From positions 64,001-128,000 of the forward strand of contig CAVYKI010000003.1 of NCBI GenBank assembly GCA_963769025.1: a stretch of 64,000 bases of DNA. Direction: 5' to 3'. The notes beneath the pieces were generated by a model. The model made no database searches and was not told the origin of the DNA. It saw nothing but the letters and a program-made list of their open reading frames with translations. The stretch comes from an uncultured Verrucomicrobiae bacterium (lineage in GTDB: Bacteria; Verrucomicrobiota; Verrucomicrobiia; Chthoniobacterales; Chthoniobacteraceae). Each line of letters opens with the position of its first letter. Positions within the stretch are counted from its first letter, which is position 1. Below, piece after piece: positions 1 to 9,916 of the stretch. Both the position numbers and the translations under genes were made by a program.

Positions 1-189
1 CTGCGAAAGATGACCCTCGATGGCTGCCTGATCCTGCGTGTGCAGACGCATGAAAGTCTCCTGCACGGTGTCGCGGGCACGGTCGAGATCCTGGAGGATG
101 CTCAGGGCGTACTGCAGGAGCGGACGTTCAAAACGCTCGAGAGCTGTCTGGACCCATGCTGATTTCTTTTTGGCTTTGGAGAGGAACAT
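1..189 (-). CDS. ECF-type sigma-70 factor, N-terminal part (runs off window start)
   Basis: Not in the ORF track. Manual translation from ATG 189: MFLSKAKKKSAWVQTALERFERPLLQYALSILQDLDRARDTVQETFMRL, matching the sigma region 2 pattern (A.D.VQETF). Confidence 0.75.
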   Translation of the reverse strand, partial: MFLSKAKKKSAWVQTALERFERPLLQYALSILQDLDRARDTVQETFMRLHTQDQAAIEGHLSQ

Positions 190-480
190 AGTTTGTTCTC
201 CTCTCATAACCCAAGCCCGCCGATTCCTTGAGAAGAATTTTCAACTTTTTTCGGGCAGGAAGGTCAGCCGCGCGCGCTGTTTCATTCCCGCACGGCAGCA
301 GCGCCGGATTTCTTTTCCCGCCGACATCCGCACTTCCCGAGCAACCCTTTTTACGCGTCCCACTGAACGCGGACAAGGCCGGCTACCGCTTCGTCTTGAA
401 CGCGTCGGAGAGCGCCGTCGGCGCGAACTGAGGCAGTCTCTGCTTTCCGGCGCGCGGAGTCTGCGGCATCCCTAGCGCAC

Positions 481-1008
481 GTGCAGACCACCGCAGCCAT
501 TTTGCTCCGAAAAACACGGTTCAGCGAAACGAGCCTCATCGTCACCTGGTTCACGCGCGACCTCGGCCGGCTGAAGACGATCGTGAAGGGCGCGCTGCGT
601 CCCAAGAACCGCTTCGCCGGGGTGCTGGATCTGTTTTTCGACTGCGAAATCAGCATCGCGCACAGCGCGAAAAGCGAACTGCACACGCTGCGGGAAGCCG
701 TCCTCCGCGATGCCCGCGCAGGGCTGCGCACCGACCACCGCCGCGTCGCGCTGGCTTCCTATTTTGTCGAACTCATCGAGCTGACGACCGAGCCCGAGCA
801 GCCCGCACCGGAAATCCACGACCTGCTTGAGCGCGCCTACAACTTCCTCGACAAAAACCCCGCCGAAGCGCGCGCGCTGCTCCATTTCGAGAGCGAGCTG
901 GCCCGCATGCTCGGCATCGCGCATCCGGAACTCTCCCCCATCGTCGCCATCGGCCGCGCCTGCCACAAGATCCCCTCCTCCCGCGCCGCGTGCCTCGCGG
1001 CATTTTGA
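481..1008 (+). CDS. recO: DNA repair protein RecO
   Basis: N-terminus AILLRKTRFSETSLIVTWFTRDLGRLKTIVKGA...RFAGVLDLF is the typical RecO OB-fold; short 175-aa form. Confidence 0.9.
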   Translation: MQTTAAILLRKTRFSETSLIVTWFTRDLGRLKTIVKGALRPKNRFAGVLDLFFDCEISIAHSAKSELHTLREAVLRDARAGLRTDHRRVALASYFVELIELTTEPEQPAPEIHDLLERAYNFLDKNPAEARALLHFESELARMLGIAHPELSPIVAIGRACHKIPSSRAACLAAF

Positions 1009-1024
1009 AAAAGCGCGTCCGCTT

Positions 1025-1747
1025 TTACCCGATCACCGCCCGCTGCTTCGCCACCAGCTCGCCGATGCCGCCGCGCGCGAGTTCCAGCATCGTGTTCAGC
1101 TCCGCTTCGGAAAAGGTGCTCTCCTCGCCGCTGCCCTGCACTTCCACAAAGTGCCCGCCTTCCGTCATCACCACGTTCAGGTCCACGGCGGCGTCCTTGT
1201 CCTCCACGTAGTTGAGATCCAGCAGCGCCACTCCGCCGACGATCCCGACGCTCACCGCCGTCACGAGCTGCTTGATGGGCCATTGCTTGATCTTCCCCTC
1301 GGCCATCAGCTTCCGGCACGCGAGCGCGGCGGCCACGCTGGCCCCGGTGATGCTCGCCGTGCGCGTCCCGCCGTCCGCCGAGAGCACGTCGCAATCAATC
1401 CACATCGTGCGCTGCCCGAGCTTGTCCAGGTCCAGCGCCGCGCGCAGCGAACGGCCGATGAGCCGCTGGATTTCCGAGGAACGCCCGTCGATTTTCCCGC
1501 GCGTGATGTCGCGCTGCTTCCGCTGCCCGGTGGAATACGGCAGCATGGAATACTCCGCCGTGACCCAGCCGCCGGTCACCTGCTGCTCCTTCATCCAGCG
1601 CGGCACGACCTCCTCGACCATGGCCGAGCAAATCACGCGCGTCTCCCCCGTGCTCACCAGCACCGACCCCGTCGCATTCGGCGCAAAGCCGGGCGTGAAG
1701 GTGACGGGGCGGAGTTGGGCAGGCGTGCGTCCATCGTGTCGGGTCAT
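1025..1747 (-). CDS. rph: Ribonuclease PH
   Basis: Motifs GWVTAEYSMLP, EIQRLIGRSLRA, CDVLSADGGTRTASITG, EVQGSGE. Confidence 0.97.
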   Translation of the reverse strand: MTRHDGRTPAQLRPVTFTPGFAPNATGSVLVSTGETRVICSAMVEEVVPRWMKEQQVTGGWVTAEYSMLPYSTGQRKQRDITRGKIDGRSSEIQRLIGRSLRAALDLDKLGQRTMWIDCDVLSADGGTRTASITGASVAAALACRKLMAEGKIKQWPIKQLVTAVSVGIVGGVALLDLNYVEDKDAAVDLNVVMTEGGHFVEVQGSGEESTFSEAELNTMLELARGGIGELVAKQRAVIG

Positions 1748-1875
1748 GCGGCAAAGGTAGCGGGGAGGTTTGGAAAATGTCCACCGCGGGCTTCCCGGCG
1801 CACTCCATCTCCCAGCGGGGAATGTTTCTGTTGACCGCGGGATTCCCGCCCGCTCTATTCGCGCCGTTCAGAAAT

Positions 1876-1952
1876 CGGGCTGTGGCTCAGCTTGGTAGAG
1901 CGCCTGTCTCGGGTGCAGGAGGCCGCGGGTTCGAATCCCGCCAGCCCGACCA
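1876..1952 (+). tRNA. tRNA-Pro (anticodon CGG)
   Basis: 77-nt cloverleaf: acceptor CGGGCTG/CAGCCCG, D arm GCTCAGCTTGGTAGAGC, anticodon arm CCTGT-CTCGGGT-GCAGG, T loop TTCGAAT, encoded CCA. TTGACC lies upstream. Confidence 0.97.
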
Positions 1953-2038
1953 TGAACGCGCCACCGGCGCTCCCACGCCGCACATGCGGATGCGGTTTTG
2001 TCTTGAGGTTCTCCGCGGGGTGCGACGTTTTCCCACGC

Positions 2039-2449
2039 ATGCCGAGACACTGGATGGTCAAATCCGAACCCGCCTCCTATTCGTGGGAGCAATTCACCAA
2101 GGAGGGCCGCGCCGCGTGGACGGGCGTGCGGAATTTCCAGGCGCGAAACAACCTGCGCGCGATGAGGAAGGGCGACACGGTGCTTTTCTACCACTCGGTC
2201 ACCGGCAAGGAAGTCGTGGGTATCGCGAAAGTCGCGCGCGAGGCGTATCCCGACCCGACGGCGGATGAGCCGGGCTGGGATTGCGTGGACCTCGTCCCGG
2301 CGAAGCCGCTGAAGAAACCGGTGACGCTGGAAGCCATCAAGGCCGCGCCCGCGCTGAAGGAAATCGCGCTGCTCCGGCAGTCGCGCCTCTCGGTGATGCC
2401 GCTCTCGGCCGCGGACTACGCGGCGATTTTGAAACTCGGCGGCAAGTAG
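2039..2449 (+). CDS. EVE domain protein
   Basis: HWMVKSEP, WTGVRNFQARNNLRAM, GD.VLFYHS, RLSVMP. Start moved to ATG 2039 because the longer ORF overlaps the tRNA. Confidence 0.92.
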   Translation: MPRHWMVKSEPASYSWEQFTKEGRAAWTGVRNFQARNNLRAMRKGDTVLFYHSVTGKEVVGIAKVAREAYPDPTADEPGWDCVDLVPAKPLKKPVTLEAIKAAPALKEIALLRQSRLSVMPLSAADYAAILKLGGK

Positions 2450-2455
2450 CCGGGG

Positions 2456-4147
2456 ATGAAGACCACGCTCCGCGTCTGCGCCTTCGCACTCGTCGTCGCG
2501 CTGTGGGCGCTGCTGGAGGTGGCGACGGCGGACGTGCTCACGCGCTGCCTGGTGTTGTGGCTCGTGCTCGCCGCAACGTGGATCGGGATAGAAATCGCCG
2601 CGCGCACTTCCCCGCCCGACGCGGCAGCGCGGTGGATCGAGCGAACGCTGCACTCTCAGAAGCCGCGTTTTCTCGCCGCACGCCGCGTGTTCGCCGTCGC
2701 GCTTGGCGTGGTTTTTCTCGTGGCGTTCTGGTCTTGGGGTTCGCAAGTGCGCGGGCTGGTCGGCGAGCACGGGCTCATCCCCGTGGGCGAGCAGCTCACC
2801 GCGGCGCGCGCGGCGGGTGTCACATTCTGGCAGATGCCGTCGCTGAGCTGGCTGGCCGAGGGCGACTCCATGCTGCTCGCGCAATGCTGGCTCGGCGCGC
2901 TGCTTGCCATCGCAATGTGCGCGGGATTTTTCCCCGGCGCGTGTGCGCTGCTCTGCTGGGCGCTCTACCTCTCGCTGATGACCGTCGGCGAGTCGTTCGC
3001 CAATTTTCAATGGGACGCGCTGCTCCTCGAAACGGCGCTCCTCGCCGCGCTCTGGCTCCCGTGGCGCGCACGGCCCGACTGGGCGGTGGAGACGCTCGCG
3101 CAGAAAATCGGCCGCTGGCTGCTGTGGTGGCTCTTCGTGCGACTGATGATCGAATCCGGCGTCGTGAAACTCACGTGGGGCGATGAGCCGTGGCTGGGCC
3201 GCTCCGCGCTCGAACACCACTTCGAGACGCAGCCGCTCCCGCTGTGGACCGCGTGGTATGCACACCAGGCGCCGCGCTGGATGCTTAACGCCGCGTGCTG
3301 GATCACCTACTTCATCGAAATCGCCACGCCCGCGCTGCTCCTCTCGCCGGCGCGCTGGCGCTTCCTCCGGCACGGCGCGGTCGGGTTGCAGGTCCTGCTC
3401 CAACTCGCGATTTCCGCGACGGGAAACTACACGTATTTCAACCTGCTCACCCTCGCCCTGTGCGTGCCGTTCCTCGACGATTCGTTCCGCGGCTTCCGCA
3501 GGATCGTTCCGCAGCCGGTGGACGAGCCGCGCAGGCATCGGTGGCCGCTCATTCCCGCCGGTGCGCTTGCGCTCGCGTCGGTGCTCTTCTCGTTCGACGG
3601 ATTCACCGGCGCTTTCGCCGGCGTCGCCGGGCAGGATGCGCAGATGCGCCGCGTCCGCGAGGAAATGACACGCACCGGCAAGCCGCCCGCAGCGTCGTGG
3701 CACCAGCCGCTGCGCTCGTTCAACGGCTACGGCCTCTTCCGTACGATGACACTTTCGCGCCCCGAGATCGTCCTCGAAGGCAGCGCCGACGGCGTGAACT
3801 GGCGCGAATACGAATTCCCCTACAAGGCCGGCGACATCTACCGCCGCCCCGCGCTCGTCGCGCCATTCCAGCCGCGGCTCGACTGGCAGATGTGGTTTGC
3901 CGCGCTCTCGCCCCAGCACTACGGCTACCTCCTCGAACGGCTGATGAAGCGCGCCCTCGAAGGCGAGCCCACGGTCCTCGCGCTGCTGGAAAAGAATCCG
4001 TTCCCATCCATGCCGCCGCGATTCGTCCGGCTGAGCTTCTACGACTATCACTTCACGCGCCCCGAAGATCACACCGCCGCGTGGTGGAAGCGCGAACTCC
4101 GCGGCACCACGCGCCAGCTCTCGCTGGAGAATTTCCGCAAGCCCTGA
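2456..4147 (+). CDS. Lipase maturation factor (LMF1) family membrane protein
   Basis: FQWDALLLETA, HHFETQPLP, TGNYTYFNLLT, NGYGLF, WREYEFPYK, QPRLDWQMWFAAL. Confidence 0.92.
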   Translation: MKTTLRVCAFALVVALWALLEVATADVLTRCLVLWLVLAATWIGIEIAARTSPPDAAARWIERTLHSQKPRFLAARRVFAVALGVVFLVAFWSWGSQVRGLVGEHGLIPVGEQLTAARAAGVTFWQMPSLSWLAEGDSMLLAQCWLGALLAIAMCAGFFPGACALLCWALYLSLMTVGESFANFQWDALLLETALLAALWLPWRARPDWAVETLAQKIGRWLLWWLFVRLMIESGVVKLTWGDEPWLGRSALEHHFETQPLPLWTAWYAHQAPRWMLNAACWITYFIEIATPALLLSPARWRFLRHGAVGLQVLLQLAISATGNYTYFNLLTLALCVPFLDDSFRGFRRIVPQPVDEPRRHRWPLIPAGALALASVLFSFDGFTGAFAGVAGQDAQMRRVREEMTRTGKPPAASWHQPLRSFNGYGLFRTMTLSRPEIVLEGSADGVNWREYEFPYKAGDIYRRPALVAPFQPRLDWQMWFAALSPQHYGYLLERLMKRALEGEPTVLALLEKNPFPSMPPRFVRLSFYDYHFTRPEDHTAAWWKRELRGTTRQLSLENFRKP

Positions 4148-4193
4148 CCCGCGACGACGCGCCAGGATCACGCCGGCTTTGGTTTTAAAAATC

Positions 4194-4315
4194 CGGAGAC
4201 GCGGAGACGCAGAGGATTCAAAGATGGTGACCATTCCACCCACCGCACACAGATCGGCACTTCCACACCGCTTCTTCTGAGCATCGTTTCTTCTCCGCGT
4301 CTCCGCGTCTCCGCG
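4194..4315. repeat. Inverted pair of 8-mer tandem repeats (GGAGACGC)n ... (TCTCCGCG)n
   Basis: CGGAGACGCGGAGACGCAGAGG at 4194-4215 and TCTCCGCGTCTCCGCGTCTCCGCG at 4292-4315, intergenic. Confidence 0.75.
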
Positions 4316-4395
4316 TTTCCAAAATGCCTCCACGCCGCAGCGTCCGCACCGGCCATCCGTTTGACAGCCTCCCGCCAGCACAGTATTCGCGGCGC

Positions 4396-5469
4396 GTGAT
4401 TCGTCTTCCGCTGATCCTCGCCGCCGCCTTCGGGCTTGCACGATCGCTCGCGGAGGAGCCGCAGGTAAATCCCCCGCCCGCCGAACCGCCACCGCCGCCA
4501 ATCGCCCAACCAACCGGGCGTTCGCTCGTCGCCATCGCACACGATCTGCGGGCGATGGATGGCTACGACGAGAACCCCGCCGTCACGCGGCGCATGGTGG
4601 ACGCGCTCGTGCGCACGGTGACCGGTTGCGCGAGCACACGCGCCGCGTGGCGCGAACTCGCCGGGACGGACGAGCGCGTCGGCATCAAGGTCACGACCGC
4701 GGGAGGCGCGTATTTTGCCACGCGCCGCGGAGTCGTCGCAGCGGCGGTCGCGGGCCTGAAGGACGCCGGCGTGCGCGAGATCATCGTGTGGGACAAAAAC
4801 TCCTCGGCTTTGCGCGAGTGCGGCTTCACCCCGGAGCGGCTCGGGTGCGAGGTGCGCGCCATCGATCCGCCGCGCGGCTGGGACCGGACGGCGAGCTTCC
4901 AGGCTCCCGTCCTCGGCAAGCTGATCTGGGGCGATCTGCTCTTCAGCGAAAAGGTCAACACGCGCGACCTCAGCAAGCGCGAAGACAGTCTTCTGAGTTC
5001 AAAGAGCCACCTCGCGACCATCCTCAGCAAGGAAGTCCCGCGCTTCATCAACATCGCCGCGCTGAGCGACGAACCCGGCTGCGGCGTCGCCGGCACCCTC
5101 TACAGCGCGGTCGTCGGCAATCTCGACAACTGGCGGCGCTTCACGACCTTCGGCGAGAGCGGCGCGACGGCCATCGCCGACTGCTACGCGGACCCGCGGC
5201 TCGGCGGGAAATGCGTCCTCCACATCCTCGATGCGCTCGCGGTGACCTATGCCGGCGGCCCCGGCCCGAACCCGCAGGCCGCGGCCATCCACAAGACCCT
5301 CTACGCCAGCCGCGATCCCGTCGCACTGGATTCGCTCGGCGTCGAATTGCTCGAAAAATGGCGAAAAGGTTCGAGCTTTGGGGCAATCGGCACCAAATCT
5401 GCATGGCTCCGAGGAACTGCCGTCGGTAATTCCGAACCCACCAACATGATCCTTTCCCCTGCACGATGA
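4396..5469 (+). CDS. DUF362 family protein, probably exported
   Basis: Hydrophobic N-terminus, Pro-rich linker, ERVGIKV, IIVWD, LHILDAL...YAGGP, ASRDPVALD. Start uncertain (GTG 4396 chosen). Confidence 0.7.
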   Translation: MIRLPLILAAAFGLARSLAEEPQVNPPPAEPPPPPIAQPTGRSLVAIAHDLRAMDGYDENPAVTRRMVDALVRTVTGCASTRAAWRELAGTDERVGIKVTTAGGAYFATRRGVVAAAVAGLKDAGVREIIVWDKNSSALRECGFTPERLGCEVRAIDPPRGWDRTASFQAPVLGKLIWGDLLFSEKVNTRDLSKREDSLLSSKSHLATILSKEVPRFINIAALSDEPGCGVAGTLYSAVVGNLDNWRRFTTFGESGATAIADCYADPRLGGKCVLHILDALAVTYAGGPGPNPQAAAIHKTLYASRDPVALDSLGVELLEKWRKGSSFGAIGTKSAWLRGTAVGNSEPTNMILSPAR

Positions 5470-6431
5470 GCGCTCCCGACGTCACAGGCGATCTGCTGCG
5501 TTCCGTTTCGCGGACGTTCTACATGAGCGTGCGCATCCTGCCTCCGGCGCTGCGCGAGACGATGGGCGTGGCCTACCTGCTCGCGCGCACCAGCGACACC
5601 ATCGCGGATTGCGAAGGCGCACCGGTCGCCACGCGCCTGCGCCGGCTGGCGGAATTCGGCGCGATGGTGCAATCGGGCGGAAATCCGCAGGGCATCGCCA
5701 ACATCCAGCGCGACATCCAGCCGCGGCACGAAGGCGAATGCGCGCTCATGGCCGCGCTTCCGCGAGTGTTCGAGCGCTTCGGAGCGTTCAAGCCGTGGGA
5801 ATGGAAGGAAACCCAGGAGCTGCTCGCCAATATCATCCGCGGCCAGTCGAACGACCTCCGCAATTTCCCCGACCCCGCCAACATCACCGCGCTCCCGGAT
5901 GCGGACAGCCTTGAAGACTACACCTATCTCGTCGCCGGCTGCGTCGGCGAATGGTGGACGCGCATGAGCTTCCATCATTTCCCGCGCTACTCGAAGCGCA
6001 CGGAGGAGGACCTCATGCCGCTCGCGGCCTCGTTTGGAAAGGCGCTGCAGCTTGTGAACATCCTCCGCGACATGCCCGCCGACCTCGCCGCCGGCCGCTG
6101 CTACCTGCCCGCGGATGAACTGCGTGCCGCCGGCGCGGACCCCGCCACACTCCTCGAAAATCCCGCCGCCGCGCAGCCCGTCTTCGACGCTTGGATGGAA
6201 AAGGCGCGCGGCTATCTCGCCGAGGGCCGCGACTACATCCGCGCGATCCGCCCGTGGCGCATCCGCATCGCCTGCTACATCCCGTGGCGGCTCGCCGGGC
6301 AGACGCTCGACCTCATGGCCGCGACCCCGCCGCTCGGCAGCGCTGATAAGGTGAAGGTCTCACGGTCGATGGTATACCGCTCGATGCTCCGCGGCCTTCA
6401 CGCCGCGTTCAGCAACGGCCCGCTGCGCTGA
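5466..6431 (+). CDS. Squalene/phytoene synthase family protein
   Basis: LLRSVSRTF, YLLARTSDTIAD, YTYLVAGCVGE, ALQLVNILRD, GRCYLP. Confidence 0.9.
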   Translation: MSAPDVTGDLLRSVSRTFYMSVRILPPALRETMGVAYLLARTSDTIADCEGAPVATRLRRLAEFGAMVQSGGNPQGIANIQRDIQPRHEGECALMAALPRVFERFGAFKPWEWKETQELLANIIRGQSNDLRNFPDPANITALPDADSLEDYTYLVAGCVGEWWTRMSFHHFPRYSKRTEEDLMPLAASFGKALQLVNILRDMPADLAAGRCYLPADELRAAGADPATLLENPAAAQPVFDAWMEKARGYLAEGRDYIRAIRPWRIRIACYIPWRLAGQTLDLMAATPPLGSADKVKVSRSMVYRSMLRGLHAAFSNGPLR

Positions 6432-6443
6432 GTCCCTGCGCGC

Positions 6444-7601
6444 TCACGCGAGCGCGTCCACGAGCCGCTGCGAGCGCAGGCCGAAGAACTCCATCACCGC
6501 GCGCAGTTCCGCCCGCGCCGCGGCTCCGTCGCCTGGCGCTTCGCGCTTCACCGCCGCGATCATCACGTTCTTGCCCGTGTGCTCGTTGGAGATGAATTCA
6601 AACACCTTCGCCTCGTAGCCCACCGCCTCAAGCGCCAGCGCGCGGATCCCATCGGTGAGGAGTTCCGCCTGCCGCTCCGCGAGAATCCCGTGGCGCAGCA
6701 CGCCCGCGAGGACGGCTGGCGGTACAAACTCACGCCGCACCTCCTTCTGACAGCACGGCGCGGCGATGATCAATTTCGCACCCGCGCGCACTCCGGCCGC
6801 GAGCGCATCGTCCGTCGCCGTGTCGCACGCGTGCAGCGCGATGAGCACGTCCAGCCCCGCAGGCAGCTCGAATGCACCAATCGCGCCCTCCGCAAAGCGC
6901 AGGCCGTCGAGCTTCAGTTCCGTCGCGATGCGGTTCGTCTGCCCGACCAGGTCCGCGCGCTGCTCCACGCCCGTCACCTCCGCCGCAACGCCCCGCGAGC
7001 GGAAAAACTCGTGCGTCGCAAATGTCAGGTAGCCCTTCCCCGCCCCCATGTCGCAGACGCGCACCGCCTTCGTCTCGCGCAGCGCGCAGCCATCGACGAG
7101 ATGCCCGAGGATTTCCACGAACCGCTCCACCTGCCGCAGCTTGTCCGCCATGCCCGCCCGCGCGGTGCCATCCGCCGCGGTCACGCCGAGCTTTTCGAGG
7201 AACGGCGCATTCGCCAAGGCGCGCACCTTCGGCCGGTCGTGGCCCGTCGGCAGCGTCGCGGAGAAAGTCGGGCGCGCGGCCTTCATCTTCCACTCGCCGC
7301 CGTGTTCCGCGCGCAGCTTCCAGTCACCCGTCGTCGTGAAAAGATGCGCTTCCTCGAAGTCCGCGCCGAGCCACTTCTCGATCGCTCCCGGCGCATCGGC
7401 CGGCGCGTCGTTCCGCGTCACATCACGATTTGCGTAGCGCAGCGTGAAGGAAACCGCCGTGCCCGATTTCAGCTCGACCAGCCGCCCGTACACATTCCGC
7501 AGCCCGCTCTCCCCGCGCCCGCGGCTCAGCGTGATTTTCACAAACGACTGCTCCGCCATGCTGGCGCGCAGCTTTTCGAGAAAACGTTCGAGGTTCGTCA
7601 T
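6444..7601 (-). CDS. SAM-dependent methyltransferase (Methyltransf_32-like)
   Basis: DMGAGKGYLTFA, ALHACDTATD, APCC, EHTGKN. Confidence 0.88.
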   Translation of the reverse strand: MTNLERFLEKLRASMAEQSFVKITLSRGRGESGLRNVYGRLVELKSGTAVSFTLRYANRDVTRNDAPADAPGAIEKWLGADFEEAHLFTTTGDWKLRAEHGGEWKMKAARPTFSATLPTGHDRPKVRALANAPFLEKLGVTAADGTARAGMADKLRQVERFVEILGHLVDGCALRETKAVRVCDMGAGKGYLTFATHEFFRSRGVAAEVTGVEQRADLVGQTNRIATELKLDGLRFAEGAIGAFELPAGLDVLIALHACDTATDDALAAGVRAGAKLIIAAPCCQKEVRREFVPPAVLAGVLRHGILAERQAELLTDGIRALALEAVGYEAKVFEFISNEHTGKNVMIAAVKREAPGDGAAARAELRAVMEFFGLRSQRLVDALA

Positions 7602-7696
7602 CCGTCCATCACACCGCGCCGGGTCGGAAATTGCAGCCGGATTCTGCGAGTCACGCCTTTACTTCAAACCACAGCCCGTCTGAATCCCCCGGACCC

Positions 7697-8143
7697 ATGA
7701 AAAAACTCATCGCAGAATTCAGATCATTCATTCTCAAAGGCAACGTCATCACACTCGCCGTCGCCGTCATCATCGGCGGTGCGTTTGGCAAGATCGTGGA
7801 CTCCATGGTCAAGGACATCATCACCCCGATCATCGGGCTTGTCGGAGGCACGCCGGATTTTTCAGGCATCGCCATCGGCGCCAAGCAGGCCCTGGATAAA
7901 TCTGGCGCCCCTGCCGTCAACGCCGCGGGAAACCCGGTCCTCGAAGGCGGCATCATGATTGGCAATTTCCTCAACGCAGCCATCGCCTTCCTCATCATGG
8001 CCGCGGTGGTCTTCTTCCTGATCGTAAAACCATACAACGCCCTGATGTCGCGGTTTGAGAAGAAGGAGGAACCCAAGCCCGCCGGCCCGCCGCCAGCGAC
8101 GCTCGACGACGTGGTCGCCGCGATCAAGACGTTGAAGTCCTAG
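7697..8143 (+). CDS. mscL: Large-conductance mechanosensitive channel
   Basis: EFRSFILKGNVITLAVAVIIGGAFGKIVDSMVKDIITP and GNFLNAAIAFLI. Confidence 0.95.
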   Translation: MKKLIAEFRSFILKGNVITLAVAVIIGGAFGKIVDSMVKDIITPIIGLVGGTPDFSGIAIGAKQALDKSGAPAVNAAGNPVLEGGIMIGNFLNAAIAFLIMAAVVFFLIVKPYNALMSRFEKKEEPKPAGPPPATLDDVVAAIKTLKS

Positions 8144-8166
8144 CCCCCAACGCCGAAATCTTCCAC

Positions 8167-8208
8167 ATCGGGCGGTGTTCCAAACGGGACACCGCCCGAT
8201 TGCTTTTT
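8167..8208 (+). terminator. Intrinsic terminator after mscL
   Basis: Stem ATCGGGCGGTGTTCC, loop AAAC, stem GGGACACCGCCCGAT, followed by TGCTTTTT. Confidence 0.8.
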
Positions 8209-8321
8209 CCAGCGCTACCCAGAGCTTCGCGCTTGCCGCATTCGCACTGCGACACTAACACGCTCGCCCCGGGTCGCGCATCCGTGCGGCTCCCCTTTCC
8301 CACACAACCCACACCACAATC

Positions 8322-9485
8322 ATGAGCAGAAAAATTCGTTACGGAATGGTCGGCGGCGGTCGCGGCGCATTCATCGGCGCAGTCCACCGCATCGCGGCAG
8401 CCATCGATCAGCAGACCGAACTCGTCTGCGGCGCATTTTCATCCGACCCCGAGCGTTCGCGCGCGAGCGGCGGGGACTTCTTCCTCCCGCCGGATCGCTG
8501 CTACGGCACATTCGAGGAAATGATCGCGAAAGAGAAGGCGCTGCCTGCGGACAGGCGCATGGACTTCGTCGCCATCGTCACGCCGAACCACATGCACTTC
8601 CCGCCCGCGAAAGCCGCGCTCGAAGCCGGATTCCACGTGCTCAGCGACAAGCCCGCCACGCTCAATCTCGCCGAGGCGAAAAAGCTCGCCGCCATCGTGA
8701 AAAAGACCGGGCAGCTCTACGGCCTCACGCACAACTACACCGGCTACCCGCTCGTGAAGCAGGCCCGCGAAATGGTGGCCACCGGCAAGCTCGGGAAAAT
8801 CCGCAAGATCGTCGTCGAGTATCCGCAAGGCTGGCTCGCCACGCGTCTCGAAGCCTCCGGCCAAAAGCAGGCCGCATGGCGCACCGACCCCAAGCGCAGC
8901 GGCGCCGCCGGTTGCATCGGCGACATCGGCACGCACGCGGAGAACCTCGCGGAATACATCAGCGGCCTGCAAATCGAGGAACTCGCCGCCGACATCACCG
9001 CATTCGTCAAAGGCCGCGCGCTCGACGACGACGGCAACGTGCTGCTGCGTTTCAAAGGCGGCGCAAAGGGCGTCCTCCACGCGTCGCAGATTTCCGTCGG
9101 CGAGGAAAACAACCTCAACATCCGCATCTACGGCGAAAAGGGCGGCCTCGAATGGCACCAAAACGAGCCCAACACGCTCCTCGTGAAATGGCTCGACCAG
9201 CCCATGCAGGTCTATCGCACCGCCAACGGCTACCTCGGCAAAGCCGCGCTCGCCGCCGGCCGCACGCCGCCGTCGCACCCCGAGGGCTACCTCGAGGCCT
9301 TCGCAAACATCTACAAAAACTTCGCCAACCACATCCGCGCCCGCATCGAAGGCCGCAAGCTCGCGAAGGACGACCTCTGCCTCGACTACCCGAAGATCGA
9401 GGACGGAGTGCGCGGAATGGCCTTCATCGAAGCCGTCGTGAAGTCCTCGAAGGCGAACGCCCGCTGGACGAAGCTCGCCGTGTAG
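8322..9485 (+). CDS. Gfo/Idh/MocA family oxidoreductase
   Basis: GMVGGGRGAFIGAVHR, IVTPNHMH, SDKP, GDIGTHA. Confidence 0.93.
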   Translation: MSRKIRYGMVGGGRGAFIGAVHRIAAAIDQQTELVCGAFSSDPERSRASGGDFFLPPDRCYGTFEEMIAKEKALPADRRMDFVAIVTPNHMHFPPAKAALEAGFHVLSDKPATLNLAEAKKLAAIVKKTGQLYGLTHNYTGYPLVKQAREMVATGKLGKIRKIVVEYPQGWLATRLEASGQKQAAWRTDPKRSGAAGCIGDIGTHAENLAEYISGLQIEELAADITAFVKGRALDDDGNVLLRFKGGAKGVLHASQISVGEENNLNIRIYGEKGGLEWHQNEPNTLLVKWLDQPMQVYRTANGYLGKAALAAGRTPPSHPEGYLEAFANIYKNFANHIRARIEGRKLAKDDLCLDYPKIEDGVRGMAFIEAVVKSSKANARWTKLAV

Positions 9486-9527
9486 CCTGCATCTCGACTT
9501 CGAGTCGGATTCGGCTAGCCTTTCCGC

Positions 9528-9731
9528 ATGAACATCCCGCTTACCGCCGAGATTCATAAGGAAGGCGACTGGTTCGTTGCCTTCTGCCCAGAAGTCCCCG
9601 AAGCAAACGGTCAGGGCCGCACGCAGGAAGAATGCCTCCAAAGCCTGCGCGACGCCGTACTGCTGCTCATGGAGGATCGCAGGGAAGACGCGCGGAGAAA
9701 AAGTGACACGGGCCTGCTCGAACTAGCTTGA
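9528..9731 (+). CDS. hicB: HicB-family antitoxin (short, no DNA-binding domain)
   Basis: EGDWFVAFCPEVPEANGQGRTQEE..SLRDAV; overlaps the downstream hicA. Confidence 0.85.
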   Translation: MNIPLTAEIHKEGDWFVAFCPEVPEANGQGRTQEECLQSLRDAVLLLMEDRREDARRKSDTGLLELA

Positions 9732-9913
9732 AGCGCCGCGACCTCATCCGGCATCTCGAAGCAAATGGCTGCCCGCTCAAGCGCGAGGGCGGCTCGCACT
9801 CCATCTACTGGAATCCGCGCACGGGAAGGCGCGAACCCGTTCCACGCCACAGCGAGATCCCGGATCTTTTGGCGAAAAAAATCTGCCGGGCCCTCGAGAT
9901 TCCGCAGCCGTAG
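9728..9913 (+). CDS. hicA: HicA-family mRNA interferase toxin
   Basis: MKRRDLIRHLEANGC..REGGSHSIY...VPRHSEI...KICRALEIP; TTG start. Confidence 0.9.
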   Translation: MKRRDLIRHLEANGCPLKREGGSHSIYWNPRTGRREPVPRHSEIPDLLAKKICRALEIPQP

Positions 9914-9916
9914 GCC

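Noticed and set aside
228..431. 67-aa ORF between the sigma factor and recO
   Set aside because: No recognisable family or convincing start; at most a gene remnant.
1876..1952. tRNA-Pro as an island integration site
   Set aside because: I saw no duplicated tRNA 3' end and no integrase in the window.
1868..4540. Long antisense ORFs (890 aa here; also 11459-14374 and 41606-43351)
   Set aside because: Shadow ORFs of real high-GC genes on the opposite strand; Arg/Ala-rich with no motifs.
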